Positions 48,729 to 61,511 are shown, numbered from the whole stretch's first letter. The stretch is 62,865 nucleotides of DNA, filler included, from Circinaria calcarea (GCA_051942165.1; 46 parts of 46 records of this genome joined end to end with filler, not necessarily neighbours in it); one strand, 5' to 3'. A program made the numbers and translations. The notes: generated by a model from the letters alone, not told the origin.

Positions 48729-49287
48729 TCATGCCATCGCCCTTGCGATAAAGTCGGCCAAGATCTGTCCATTCTTGCCCTGCATCATCGTGAAATGGTT
48801 GGCCTCCTGCATACTCTCAATGTTCAAGTTCTCGCCTCCCACTAGACTGTCCCATCCATTAGGTCCCATGTCTTTCCGGTTTTCAATCAACCACCACATT
48901 TCCTTGGGATCATCATTCTGCCTTGCCGGTCGCGGGTCATCAGGCTTGTTGCAGACACCATCATGTGCCCAGATCAAGTGAGTCTTCGGCGCTGTGCCTG
49001 ATGCAAAGGGCACGGCATCGTAGGCGTCCAGCGCATCCACAAAAGCCAAAAAGTGCGGAAGAAGCCATTCAGGTGGTGCCTCTTTACCTGTACCAAAGAG
49101 TCCGATGGACTCAAAGAACCTGTAAAGACGCGGCGGCAGTTTACTTAATCCGATCGGGAAAGGTGAGTCGAGCAAGATTAACCGGTCGACCCGCTCACCC
49201 TGTCGAAGTAACTCCTGTGCAGCATCGTAGGCGCAAATGCCACCAGCCGACCATCCACCGAGAGAATAAGGTCCCTTGGGTTGGCGA
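48729..49287 (-). CDS. C-terminal thioesterase/Claisen cyclase domain of a non-reducing polyketide synthase (melanin/pigment PKS-like)
   Basis: RQPKGPYSLGGWSAGGICAY, LILLDSPFPIGL.KLPPRLY, PPEWLLPHFLAF, GPNGWD, ANHFTMM. Confidence 0.9.
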
Positions 49288-50168
49288 NNNNNNNNNNNNN
49301 NNNNNNNNNNNNNNNNNNNNNNNNNNNNNNNTTAATTAATTAANNNNNNNNNNNNNNNNNNNNNNNNNNNNNNNNNNNNNNNNNNNNTGCATTGCTATTC
49401 AGAGCCAAACTATTCAGGTGAACTTTATATCAAAAGAAGTTTAGAAGCCAAGAAGTCGTTGCATATTGCCGCTTGTGCACATGACACTGTTCCCCGCCTT
49501 CAATTGTATTATCCCAACCCCGGCTTAACATTCATTGCATTACTTGGAATCATCTCATGATGACGAGCTGTGCCAGTATCAATTTACAGGTGATAAGATA
49601 AGAGCCACGGGTTGACTGGTCCCAAATTACTGCCATTTCGGGAGGATCATCGACTTCTTCCCCAGGATGCGATTCAGCTAGGCTACGAGTATAGCGACTT
49701 CGCTCGATGCGAAAGTGCACCTGGTATGTTCCTCCCCCTAGTCGCTTCGATGGCTCCGATGACTCAAATATAAGAACTCCTTCACACCCAGCGATCCGGT
49801 CCACTGATTCAATATTGAAATGGTAAGTCAAGGTCGGGCGATCATGTGGTTCTGGTCCTTTGCCGTAAGTCTGGGTTCCCCTGTCCAGGTCCGGATCTCA
49901 TGGAAAGCTAAAGCAGGAATAACCCCCTAGCCCTTCATCTTCTGGGATGACAAGATCACCACGCGACCTGGGTCTGATATCTAATCGGGCGGATTCGTAA
50001 TCTTCCTCGAATGAAAAGGCATATACTTATCAAGCACTACTTAACGTTATTGGAATATTTCGCAGCCCGCCATTGCCGAATAAATCCATCAGTCTGCCAA
50101 TTTGGGCGTGCTTGGATGGGATCAGCGCAGTTCGACAAGGTTAGCTGATGTTTTGTGAACCGACAGAC

Positions 50169-50342
50169 ATGATCTACAAAGTTATTGGCACGATAGTATG
50201 TGGCAGCGATTTGCACTTTTTATCACAAGGAGATTATGCAATTGCTGAAGGGTGAGATCCCTAGGCATAAGTCGATGGGCGTCGTCGATGAAGTTGGTAT
50301 TGAGGTGAAGAAATTCAAGGAGGGCTACCGAGTCGTCGCTAG
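50169..50342 (+). pseudogene. Zn-dependent alcohol/formaldehyde dehydrogenase pseudogene fragment, cut by LTR B
   Basis: KVIGTIVCGSDLH, a 1-nt frameshift, then YHKEIMQLLKGEIPRHKSMGVVDEVGIEVKKFKEGYRVVA (GHE motif decayed to RHK). Confidence 0.8.
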
Positions 50343-50649
50343 TGTTATGGCGCCAGCACCATGACATGTGCTAGACCTAATACGGGGTTAGGGCCGGAAC
50401 GGACTAACCTAGGAACCGTGCTCAGTTTGCTCATATGTAGTAAGCATGGGTGAGCAGGGTGAGCAGGGTCATCATATATAGCAGGTTATTCCCGCTCTTT
50501 AGAATAGCATGCTTATAGAACCATAACGAGTTCAATATACTCCTTTTATATTGAGCCTAGGGCAACAGTTCAACTACACCCTATGTAACCGTGCTATCAC
50601 CAATCGGGACTTATCATATTCCTCAATAGGCCCCAAGGATTGCAGCGCC
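50343..50649 (+). mobile_element. LTR family B, near-complete and least-mutated copy
   Basis: TGTTATGGCGCCAGC start; stops about 6 nt short of the CTTACA end seen at 35298. Confidence 0.88.
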
Positions 50650-50749
50650 NNNNNNNNNNNNNNNNNNNNNNNNNNNNNNNNNNNNNNNNNNNNTTAATTA
50701 ATTAANNNNNNNNNNNNNNNNNNNNNNNNNNNNNNNNNNNNNNNNNNNN

Positions 50750-51058
50750 TGGTCAGACCACTGCTTCTTCGACATACACAGCAACTGGTTTGAGCCGCGG
50801 CACCTCTCGTCACCATTACCGAACCCTCTTCCGCAAGCTGGATCGGCCCGATACCACGACACAGAAGAGGAGGTCTCATTCCTCACAGCGGTCGTCAATG
50901 ACACCGGGGTAGCACTCGCTGGGGCGGCGATGCAGGAGCTCAAGCGGCGGATGAGCCCAAAGCCAGAGTGGACCGGTATCGGACTCGAGTGGATAAGAAG
51001 CTGGCTGGGGGCGCGGGAGTGGAGGCTTCCATGTGTGGATGTTTATATACGTCTATGA
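50750..51058 (+). CDS. 3' end of a hypothetical protein (partial)
   Basis: 103-codon frame from the contig start: WSDHCFFDIH...GLEWIRSWLGAREWRLPCVDVYIRL*. Confidence 0.5.
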   Translation, partial: WSDHCFFDIHSNWFEPRHLSSPLPNPLPQAGSARYHDTEEEVSFLTAVVNDTGVALAGAAMQELKRRMSPKPEWTGIGLEWIRSWLGAREWRLPCVDVYIRL

Positions 51059-51690
51059 AAATTGATGACTATACGAGGTTCGGTGGTGATGCAGATCATA
51101 CAGCGGCTCTAAATACCCATCGAATTGCTTTCGGGCGTTCGGGAGATTCAGCATAGCATTTGCGAATATGACGGGGGTCAAATGGCATAAGCTTAACGCT
51201 TTTTCCATAGTGTGACTACAGGTGCAAGACACATGATTATGAACAACCTCTTTCACCCTTGGCGTCTTTACCTATCTCCTACCTGCTTCCCCGGATATAA
51301 ACGCCAGAGTCTTTGTAAGGCCGTGATTCTCTGTTGATCGGATATCCACGCAATACATGATATCCAGGACTGTCTTGTAATATCAGGTGTCTCAGATGCC
51401 CACTAGCAAGTGTTTTAAATCCGGTGCGGGCAGTCATGGTCTTTGTGCATTCCTATCTTGTTGCTCCATGCCCGAGACACGTTAGCGATCTTCGCTTGAA
51501 TATTGTACATTGCCCTCAGCGCGGGGCACCCCGTCAGTCAGATACCTATCTCTTCAATCAACAAAGGCTGGTTTGGGTTGAAATATTCGAGCACAGATAC
51601 TCGAAGCACCTGATATAGGAGGTTGAGATTGGAAGTTTTTAAGTCACGACAAGGCAATCGTGGTCATCGAACTGTCACCGTTCCGCAACG

Positions 51691-52010
51691 ATGGCCATAA
51701 TAGACAGAGATGTCCTGCCAGAGACGTGAGCGGTCGACATTGAGAAGATTCTTGAAATTGTTTTAATCTCGCATAGCGTCAAACCTATCAATTATGGCAT
51801 CTCGATGTACGATCTTGAGCTTGGTGGCTCATTCAGCTTCCAAGGAGTGGTCCAAATTGAAATTCACATCCAGAAGGCCACAAAGGAGATAGTGATCAAT
51901 GCTCATCAATTGAAGCTTCATGCGGCAACAGTGTCAGACAACCATCATGGTACGTGGTGAATTCTGACTGCTTGAGACCTTGGTTGCTCAGCTATGGTAG
52001 GTTTCAAAGC
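51691..52010 (+). CDS. M1 family aminopeptidase, 5' exons; introns 51726-51776 and 51950-52000
   Basis: MAIIDRDVLPET|VKPINYGISMYDLELGGSFSFQGVVQIEIHIQKATKEIVINAHQL. Confidence 0.85.
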
Positions 52011-53196
52011 NNNNNNNNNNNNNNNNNNNNNNNNNNNNNNNNNNNNNNNNNNNNTTAATTAATTAANNNNNNNNNNNNNNNNNNNNNNNNNNNNNNNNNN
52101 NNNNNNNNNNCCCCTCTTCCCCTCTTCCCCTCTTCTCCTCTCCATCCACCCCATCACCCAACCCAGCACCTGACAGTACAGTACAAGGCTCCGCGAGGAA
52201 ATTTTCCAATTCCAATTCCGCGTCAAAACCAGAAGGATCTCCCACTCTCACGGAGGGAGGGACTGTGTCATGGATGGTGGTTGGAAGCTGGCGGGGAGGA
52301 AAAGGGGGATCGTCCGGTTCGACTTCGAGTATGTGGTCGTGGTCGCGTTCGCGGTTGTTGTTGGGGAGGGGTAGGAGAGGCATCTTGGAGAAAACAAAGC
52401 AAGGGCCACATGTTTTTTTTTTCTTTTCTTTTCTTTGTCTTCTTTTCGGGGTCGGGCCCCGGAGGGAGTTGGGGCGGTGAGAGAAGGGGGAGAGGGTTTC
52501 CTTTCATAAGAAGCACTAAAATAGAAGTAATGGGTATTGTGAGAAGAGAGAAAAAGGGGCACATAAAACGAAGATACCCCTCGCAGTTTTCAGTTTTCAG
52601 TTTTCAGTTTTCAGTGTTCAGTGCAATTGCAATTGCAAATTTGGAAAAAAGGGGTTAAGGATCAATAATAAGAGAATAGGCCTAGAAGAAATCACAGGCT
52701 AGTTTGGGGAGTTGGTGGGTTGGGGTTTGTGGGTTGGGAAGGGGGGACGGGAAATCGAGGTTTCCAAGCAACAGGAGGAGGGGGTCTGGATGCTGGTATT
52801 GAGTCGGGTTTGGATTTGAGTTCGGATTGAGAAAGTGGGAAAGGGGTTCATGAAGGTGGAAAATGAACGATAGGGGACTGTGGATGAGATGCTTTGTAAA
52901 TGAGGCCCGGGAGGATGTAGACTGAGAGGCGAATTTAATGGTTGGTGAGAAAATGGGGGCATGTAGAGACCGGAGCAGCGTTGCGCGATTGAGATTCTTC
53001 TTTGGTGTTGTTTTCCTGATGCCGAAGAAAATTTTCATTGTTCCGGTATTTTCGTGACGAGGTTTTGATCGCTCGACAAAGGTTCATAGGAAACTCAAAA
53101 AAGGGTGGAGATTTACTAATTCACTCTCATTCCTAAAAAAAATACAATGACCCCTAAAAAGGGGATGCCACTGGCTGAAACAATCATCAAATCCCC

Positions 53197-53370
53197 CTAG
53201 GCAAAAGCCTTACTATCCCTCAACCACTTGCCAAAATCCCTCATTTCCGGGTTCAACCTCCGACACTCCTCCACATCAGCTCCATACCCCACTTCCTCAA
53301 ACCATTTCACCATCAATCCCATCTCCTTGACTCCCCACCTCACCAACCCCCCCAAAACCCCATACGTGAC
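53197..53370 (-). CDS. NmrA-like family protein, C-terminal end; missed by the ORF track
   Basis: VTYGVLGGLVRWGVKEMGLMVKWFEEVGYGADVEECRRLNPEMRDFGKWLRDSKAFA*. Confidence 0.7.
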   Translation of the reverse strand, partial: VTYGVLGGLVRWGVKEMGLMVKWFEEVGYGADVEECRRLNPEMRDFGKWLRDSKAFA

Positions 53371-53470
53371 NNNNNNNNNNNNNNNNNNNNNNNNNNNNNN
53401 NNNNNNNNNNNNNNTTAATTAATTAANNNNNNNNNNNNNNNNNNNNNNNNNNNNNNNNNNNNNNNNNNNN

Positions 53471-53878
53471 GCCTCTTCCCGCTTGGATACAATTCGGTCG
53501 AGCAGGTTTATAGCTTGTTCTCGAACTCCTGCGATTGAGGTCTCGAAAGCCACGTTGGCATTGTAGCCAAATAACAGAACTCGCGCAGATGGTAATTGTA
53601 GAGGTAAGAAATCTCTCAACCATAGCTTATCTTTCACTGTCCATGTTGCTTCGGCGTGGAATTCAGTGTTGGTCGGGTTGAGGCCATGTACTGCAATGAT
53701 ACTGATTTACACGATGGAGTTAGTACGAGGGATTCCCGAAAAGAATAATGAAGCACGACCTACTCGATATTAGGATTCTCTGGATTTACTAGCACTTTAA
53801 GGAAGTTCTTAGAAACGCGATCGGTAGTCTGCAAATCATTAAATATAAACGTGTAGAAGAGAAAGATTGCTTTACCAT
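53471..53878 (-). CDS. SesB/SERAC1-like alpha/beta hydrolase N-terminal domain (possible fungal NLR), 5' exons
   Basis: NID|IIAVHGLNP...TWT...LWLRDFLPLQLPSARVLLFGYNANVAF; two GT-AG introns, with ATG alone in the first coding exon. Confidence 0.8.
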
Positions 53879-55008
53879 ATTAAAGAAGTGGTATGGTGTA
53901 TCGTCCTGGTCATATATAATACATAGCCCAATCTGGAAAAAGAAGAGGGGAAGATGGGCATCCTGTAAATAAGCTGCGCGACTAGCGTAAACATAGTCGG
54001 GTTACACAACGCCTGTAGCTACCAAATCCCCAGTCGCAGCAAGCGCTCACCTGAATCCCGAGTACCGCTCGCGACGCTCTTGTGTCTGCCAACCGCTAGT
54101 ATGAGGCAGCCTACATGTCTTTGGCTGTACTGTCCTGAACCAAGCAGCATCCCACATAGCAAACCTACACCTGTTTCGCACATTTCAACACCAGTGATCA
54201 AGCGTCGCAAGTAAGCCCAATAGCTTTACGAACTTCTACTTTGGCACCAATGACCTATATCCAAACCAGAAACGAATATCAGGCGTACTGTAACGAGCCC
54301 AGATTTCCTAGGCGGCCCTCGATGAAGCCCAGAAATCCCTGCGTTGGTAGCTGGAAACAGCCCAGCAACTCCGCTATTCCGTCTTGTTAGAGAAGGCCAT
54401 GGACGTACAGCTATGAGCCGGGCACCGAGCACCCCTTCTCCTCCCTAAACCCTACGCCGAATAACCGCTAGGAATCCACTCAATCGAGACTCTGTCGAGG
54501 CGCTATAGCATTGTCTCCCCGAGTCCCCCACCAAACCAGGCCCCCGAAAGACACAAGAAGCGGCCTAATGCTACCTAACTTCTAACGAGCGCCCCGATCT
54601 CAATACTCGGTACAAACATAAATCGATTTCAATGCGCAGCCCGTTGTTTACTCGGCCCACCAGCCTTAGCCTTAGCCTTCCATCACCGTTTCCCTTACAT
54701 AGTAGACTTCAAAGATCAAGTCCCCTCGCTNNNNNNNNNNNNNNNNNNNNNNNNNNNNNNNNNNNNNNNNNNNNTTAATTAATTAANNNNNNNNNNNNNN
54801 NNNNNNNNNNNNNNNNNNNNNNNNNNNNNNGGGCAAGGGGGATCTACACCTTGACGGAACGGGATAAAATTAAAAAGCAGAGAGGGATTGAATCGAATCG
54901 ATACGTGTGTTTGATAGAAGCTCGGATTTGAACGTTTTTTCCATGAGGAAAAAATCTATAGTATACAAATAACTTCTAAACGCCCCCTTTCTCCACGGCT
55001 TTACTTAC

Positions 55009-56087
55009 TTACACCATCACCCCTTTTTTCCCGATACTGACATCCAGTTTCCCGATCCCCCACGCGGTCGCAAAGACGGCCATGACGCTGCAGATGATGG
55101 TGAGGGGTTTGCGGAAGCCGGCGAGGAAGGGGTAGGTATATGTTACCTGCAGCAGCAGATCACAAACACGTTTTGTTAGAATATGGTCCTTTTTTCCCAT
55201 GAAGAAGACAAAAGAAGCGGGAGTGGGATTGGGATCTGGAGAGTGATGATGGTGGGGGAGCACTTACGATTAATTCCGCGTCTCTGGCCTCGTCGATGAC
55301 GTTCATGGCGCTCAGGGTGAGGGTGGTGCGGCCGAGGGTGTCCATGAATGTTTTGTGAGTGGAAAGGGAAGTGGAGACGAGGCGGATGTGGGTCGAGTAT
55401 TCGACGTTGCTGTTCGGATTTCATGTTAGCATGGCCCAAGGAATCTCGGTGCGATAAGAGGTGCGATAAGATGGTTTAGGCTTACGTAGCGCCTTCAGGG
55501 AGGATAACCCTCAACTCAATCTTTTCATACGAGACGCCTTCGGCCATTTTCGGGCCTTCGAGGAATGGTACTTTGAGTACATAACCGTCGCCTCCTTTCT
55601 CTTTTCGTAGGAACTTTTTGAGATTGGCATCCCAGCCAATTCGGAAGGGAAAACCCCATCCACCGAAGACGGGGTAGCGTGGTTTTAGTTCTAAAGTGGC
55701 TTCCCGTGAGTTACTTCGGAAGCGACTCGTTGAGATGTTGCCAATTTCATCCGTGAAGTAAGGGTTTATGGACCCGACTTTGAGGGGTACTATAAGCCCT
55801 TTAATGGCAGAAGTTGGTGGATTGTAGTATTGCGTGGTTGACCACGTGACGCGGGAAAAGTGGTTTGCCAGTGAGGCGGCTTTATTCGTGATCCAGTATC
55901 GATCTTCAAAGGCAATATTTCCACCCCAATGGCTGACTTCGATATCCCTTTCTAACCGTGTGGCGTGGATGATTGGTTTGGTGAATTCATAGCGAACACT
56001 GGCTTCTTGCTCCGCGCCTGCGGGGATGTTCTCATATGGGCCATAGGTAAAAGTAGACCCCTGGCGCTCGGGAGAGCCGGTGTAATC
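55009..56087 (-). CDS. OST1: Oligosaccharyltransferase subunit 1 (ribophorin I), 3' part; introns 55410-55485 and 55147-55267
   Basis: FTYGPY, LERDIEVSHWGGNIAFE, YFTDEIGNISTSRFR, LELKPRYPVFGGW, VILPEGA, TFMDTLGRT. Confidence 0.95.
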
Positions 56088-56187
56088 NNNNNNNNNNNNN
56101 NNNNNNNNNNNNNNNNNNNNNNNNNNNNNNNTTAATTAATTAANNNNNNNNNNNNNNNNNNNNNNNNNNNNNNNNNNNNNNNNNNNN

Positions 56188-56772
56188 ACCGCCATACGGC
56201 CGGACATATCCATTGCATTTCTATAAAGCGGCAACATGGCGATTCGGACGACTACCGCGGAAACGACGATGGAGCCCCACCAGGGAAGTCCGCTGTACAC
56301 ATGTACATGTTCGAGAAACCACTCAATCGTGGCAGTAGGGCCCCAGCCATAGTCAAGCCCGAGGGATTTAAGGTAGCCGATCTGCGGGACTATGGGGGTA
56401 AGATCCGAGGATGCAATGCTGTCGAAGGTGGAGGATGAGAAACTATCCGAAGGTACAGCTATTGGGTCGAGTGGTACGTTCGCTGGGGGTTCTGGGGTAG
56501 TTGACGCGAATCGGAAACGATTTTGCGAGAGAAGGGGATGGGCGGTAGCGCGCCATGATGACTGAGAGATTCTTGAAAGAGGTGGCTGGAATTTTGGAGA
56601 TAGTATGGGTCTGAACGGGGCAGTAGTGAGCTAAAATGGAGTAGTTAGCAACGAGCTTGACATGTTTAGGGAAGAGTAGTAATACATGTCTAACAGCTCT
56701 GTCTGGCCGACCTTTGCCATTGATGCTGCGCAGTCGTCGACTAAACCATCTAGCGGATTGGCTTGTTATCAT
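56188..56772 (-). CDS. OXA1: Mitochondrial inner-membrane insertase Oxa1, 5' part; intron 56631-56685; main exon missed by the ORF track
   Basis: Arg-rich presequence, then IGYLKSLGLDYGWGPTATIEWFLEHVHVYSGLPWWGSIVVSAVVVRIAMLPL. Confidence 0.9.
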
Positions 56773-57544
56773 GGCAAAGAATACTAGACAGAGATGCTGC
56801 AGCTTCGAAATATATTTTCCGCAGATAATTTCTCTGGTCTATACACTTACAGTTCGCCAAATGAGGCAAGTTTACCGAGCTTTATACTTTGCGAAATGCG
56901 AAGTGATTAGCCAAATACTCCTAAACTACCTTTGAATAACACGTCTTCTTATGGTTTTTACCCTATCTGTCTTGAAGATTTAAATTTGAATAGACAATGG
57001 GGATTGTTATTTCAAATCTATTCTACTTGGTGATTGTCTTCGTATTATACGGGTTAATTATTAAGGAAACTTGTCCAAAGAAACTCTACTGGCGCGTAGA
57101 CTTTGAATGTATGGGTGGTCCCAGGATATGAACCATGGTTTTGGAGGAAACATTGCGCCATGCGCATGTTATGTACAGTAGATTTCTTCCGGGTGCTTCC
57201 ATGTACTCGTGACGAATTCATGCGCTATAAAGGTATATGATTGTCGTATTTCACCAACAAGTCAGATGTATACCACATGACGACTCTAATCTCCGTATTT
57301 ACACTGTGAATGATTCCTTCTTCTTGCTTTCAATGGTTGAACCTCCTTACTTTCAAGGCCGCTCGGATCTTACTACTCCAGGCTTGTCATGTCGTCCAAG
57401 TCCTGATCCCTCCGTCTTTTCTCGACGGGGCGGTCCTGTATCTCNNNNNNNNNNNNNNNNNNNNNNNNNNNNNNNNNNNNNNNNNNNNTTAATTAATTAA
57501 NNNNNNNNNNNNNNNNNNNNNNNNNNNNNNNNNNNNNNNNNNNN

Positions 57545-58396
57545 ATCCCCGGCTGCACGGCGTGTTGTTCAGCATCGAAAAGAAGACTGACACCCCTCTC
57601 CTTGGCCAGTTCGCAAATCTCAACTATCGCGTCCTCGAGCTCCTTACTCGGCGGTAGCTGATTTCTCAATTCGTGCAGCGCTTGACTCCCCGCACCGGTG
57701 AACCTGTTCCATTCTTTGTCAGCACATTCTCCTTATAAGAGACGGAAACAATCCCACGAACTTGAGCGCAACATGATCCCCCATCTCCACCAGCCTCACC
57801 GTCTCCACCGTCCCCCTCCTCCAAACCTCCAACTCCTCCCTTCCCTTCCCCATCTCCCCCTTACCGTCCTTCTCTGCTACCCCTATTCCCGACACCACCT
57901 CCCTCGCATACCCCAAAATCACTCCCCGATACCCCATTCCCTTCAATCCCTCTACTGCCCTCCTCACCTCCACAGAAGTCTCCCCCGCGCAATACTGCTT
58001 ATAAAACGTCTTCTTCAGGACCCAATGTAAAACCGGATTCCGATCCGGATTCAGCAGCGGAGAAGAAGAGTGAGCGAGAGTGGAGAGTACACGCATGAAG
58101 GGTTGCAGGAGAAGGGGGGAAGCGGAGAGGGAAGTGATGAGGTAGGAGCGGAAGAGGGTCGGGAACGGAAGAAGGGAGAGCGGTGGCGGGAGTATCTTCG
58201 GAGCCACCGTCGTCGCGAGTGGTTGGTCAGTTGCGGTTTGAGAGATGGTGGTCGTAGAGGGAGCTTGAGGGTTATGGCTATCGTGGATACTCCGTCCCTG
58301 TCTCCGTAGTCGCATTGGCCTCACAATCCCCCAGGAATGCGATGCTGGTTGATGGGCGAGTAGACACCGTAATGGCTTCATGACGCTCTTATCCAT
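57545..58396 (-). CDS. PUT1: Proline dehydrogenase, 5' part; intron 57704-57761
   Basis: LNPDRNPVL..LKKTFYKQYCAGE, GVILGYAREV, ALK|FTGAG, LLFDAEQ. Confidence 0.92.
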
Positions 58397-60004
58397 CTCA
58401 ATTGGTGGCGGAGCGCGGCGAGCGTAATGAGCGTAATGTGCTGTGGTAAGCGTAAAGGCAGTGAGTGAGTGAGTGAGTGAGTGAGTGGTGGCAAGTTCTA
58501 GGTAGCAAAAGCTGCTCGCTCCAAGAGATTTTGAGATTTTCTATCCTGACATTTGCATTCCCTCCTCTCGCATCCCTCACCCTTCCATCCGACTTTTTAT
58601 TTTCCCTTTTTTTATTTTTCCGTTTTCCTTTTTTGCAAGAGATACGAACATACGCCATCGTTAATCCATTCCGTTACCCGCGTATGGTACTGTAGATAAG
58701 CCGGCGATAAGCGCAATCGGCATCGTGTTCGCCAATGACGATTGAACGACCGGTAAAAACGGCGGATGACGATAACGGGGTGCGGGGTGTGGGGTGTGGG
58801 NNNNNNNNNNNNNNNNNNNNNNNNNNNNNNNNNNNNNNNNNNNNTTAATTAATTAANNNNNNNNNNNNNNNNNNNNNNNNNNNNNNNNNNNNNNNNNNNN
58901 CTGAGCCCTTGATGAAGGAGAACGGGCCATTGGCGCTGTCAGAACTGAAGTGACCTATCGCAAGCTTCAGATAATACATAAGATTCCGCCCCCGCATAAT
59001 CCGTAGCTGCCGGCTGAACCGAGAGAGCCCATGAATAGAACTACGACCGCTAGCGCTCCCGTAGACGGAGAGAGAGCGCTACGAGGTGGTGTCTCTTCGG
59101 TTGCTGTTGCTCTGGGTGCACAAGGTATGGATTGGTTAAGTAGGGTTAGCACGGACCGGCTGCCGGGTCTGCATGCGGCGGTCTGCCAGAAGGTATATTA
59201 GAAACGTGCTCATATGCAATGCGATCTATAGCTGCGTTGTAGACGACAGAGCGGGATGTCTGCTGCAGTATGCCTTGGGCTCCCAGACCTCTCTGTTTCA
59301 GCCCATTCCAAATGGTGGCACTTGGCGGTTAGGCATTGTTGGACTAGGGAATGCTCCCGCTGGAAAAAAAGAAAGGGGGGTGGGAAAGCCTTGGACAAAG
59401 GGGCAAGGCTTTGTTTAATTCCCTTACCACGAATGAGCTGTCATCAGTTATTCGGAATCTCTGACTCTGATTGCAGCGCATGACAGCAACAGAAATTGTT
59501 CCTTATGCACACAATGCGCCGGGCACAACCACCCTGCCGAGCACCTTTTGCCAAGAAGTCGCTTCCGCCAGTCTCGATTGGGAAAAGTTAAGCGAACTAA
59601 GCCTGTTGCGGAGATTAAAGAGCGCCGCAACTCTGCAGGTCGTATTCAGGGGAAAAAGTGTGGGAAGCCATTGAGGGCCTGGGGATTCAGCTTTGCCTCG
59701 ATCAGCCCTCGTCGGTGCGGTGCCATCCACGTGCGTTTAGTCATGGCTTCCCGGCTTCATGCTGACTGCCACACGGCGACTAAGAGGGCAGCAATGTAGC
59801 GTGATGGCTTAAAGAGCAGCTTCTGCCCGTCTGTATCCCCTCTCTATTCTTTCTTTGCGTGCAATCAGAGGCATTCTACTCAGTAGTCTCCTTCATTGTT
59901 TCTTAACGACCCAGCTTGTAGCTTCTTTTCTGCTGTAGTCGAGACCTTGAGAATTCGCCAAGGTCCCACTGTCATCGCGATCGCATCTTGGAAGCTGTCC
60001 CAAG

Positions 60005-60156
60005 ATGGAAACCGGAACGAGTCAGGCCCATCCCCATGTGGTTGCAGTCCCCAAGTGGATTCGGTTCGTCCACATCGCCCAGGTTGTCCTCGCTGTCCTT
60101 GTCCTTGGCCTCGTGTCTTACTCCCTGAGCGTCTACAACTCTCTCGACATTGGGAA
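60005..60156 (+). CDS. 5' end of a putative MARVEL-like membrane protein
   Basis: VPKWIRFVHIAQVVLAVLVLGLVSYSL hydrophobic helix. Confidence 0.45.
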
Positions 60157-60256
60157 NNNNNNNNNNNNNNNNNNNNNNNNNNNNNNNNNNNNNNNNNNNN
60201 TTAATTAATTAANNNNNNNNNNNNNNNNNNNNNNNNNNNNNNNNNNNNNNNNNNNN

Positions 60257-60876
60257 TCTGCACTCCCGGGCATAGGCAAACATCTTGCTATCAGGTCGGG
60301 GCGAGGCTTCCCCGTTGCATTCTTCAACGCCCCGGTAATCACAAAAGCACTACTTGAGGCGAGAATCAAGCCTAGCAGACCGCAGTTGAGCTCCCACAGA
60401 CGATCCTTGAACCTGTATTTTCCAGCCAGTGACCTTCTTCCTTCACGGGGTGACGTCTGTTGCTTCTGGTGCGAGAATATACCGTCGACGACGAGTGTGT
60501 ACACGGCAATGATGGCGGCCGGACATATGATGACAAGGAAAAAGAGGAGTGGGACAGGAACTCGCTCATGTACGGCGTAAGGATACTGGAGGGTGTAGTT
60601 GAGGAGCGAGAAGTGTTGGTGGTAAGGTTCGACGGCGTCCAAAGCCCAGAATGCAAGGAAGAGTAAACTAAAAGGTATAATATTAGCCAGCTGTACTCTT
60701 AATTGCCGGCTTCAGGAGAGGGTAGAGCAACGTACATGAGGATCACGTAGTCAAGAATGTACCTGAGACCCGTCAGCTAAGGCTTGATACGTTCTGCGGA
60801 ACCCTACCGCTTACGAAATGATCACTTTTGGGGGAAGGGCCCGTTTGCTGAAAGGGAGTTTCCTGAACCTGTCCAT
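60257..60876 (-). CDS. PAP2 family lipid phosphate phosphatase, 5' part with short introns
   Basis: VIIS|YILDY, EPYHQHFSL..LQYPYAVHERVP, LKNATGKPRPDLIARC (KxxxxxxRP motif). Confidence 0.92.
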
Positions 60877-61349
60877 ATTTGCGTAGATGAAGAAAACAAT
60901 ATCGTAGAGTTAGGGAGTTAAACCATCCAGCATTTGTTCTTTGTTAAGCAATTCGTCAGCCGTTAAGAAGTCGAATAGGAAAGTGAAACATTATTTAAGG
61001 TTTCTTAAAACACCAGGATCCAAGGCGAAAATCTGAGCACGAATCTATTTTTATGCAAATGACTACTTTCATAAAAATGATTGGCCAATATGAAACCGAG
61101 AGCGTATAGAAGCGCTTAAGACAAGCTTCGCTGCTCTGGTCTGGTGAGAAGCTCTACATGTCTACTGCAATATCTAAATAATACCGCGCCAAGCAAACTC
61201 GACCAATCACAGACTAGGGAGGGCATCTGGCGTGGAGCATGCAAATATTTAACTAATGTGGGATATCAAATCGCTTCAAGAGTCTACCGTAAATCAACTC
61301 GCTTGCAATGCATAAACTCTCTTCGATTGATCCAAACGACTGCTAGGGC

Positions 61350-61511
61350 TCATCGGATTCCTCCTGTAAGATCTCTTGCCCTAGGATCCATCACTCCGGG
61401 ACTGCCTAGGTACGGGTCGTCCTTTCTGAAGCCAGCGTTCGCCATCATCTCCGTGAACGTAGTCTGTCTCCCAAGTCTCCCATCCGGCGGCGAGTAGATC
61501 TTGATGCTCTC
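61350..61511 (-). CDS. 3' end of an unidentified protein (partial)
   Basis: ESIKIYSPPDGRLGRQTTFTEMMANAGFRKDDPYLGSP...GGIR*. Confidence 0.45.
   Translation of the reverse strand, partial: ESIKIYSPPDGRLGRQTTFTEMMANAGFRKDDPYLGSPGVMDPRARDLTGGIR

Noticed and set aside
54289..54699. 411-bp TGTAA...TTACA segment as a solo LTR
   Set aside because: The flanks CGTAC and TAGTA are not a duplication; no second copy and no adjacent PBS or PPT
55426..55437. TTAGCATGGCCC resembling the U6 snRNA internal stem-loop
   Set aside because: No ACAGAGA box; it is the antisense of an OST1 intron branch region
56554..56614. ATGATGA...CTGA box C/D-like pair on the + strand
   Set aside because: It lies antisense within OXA1 coding sequence and has no terminal stem
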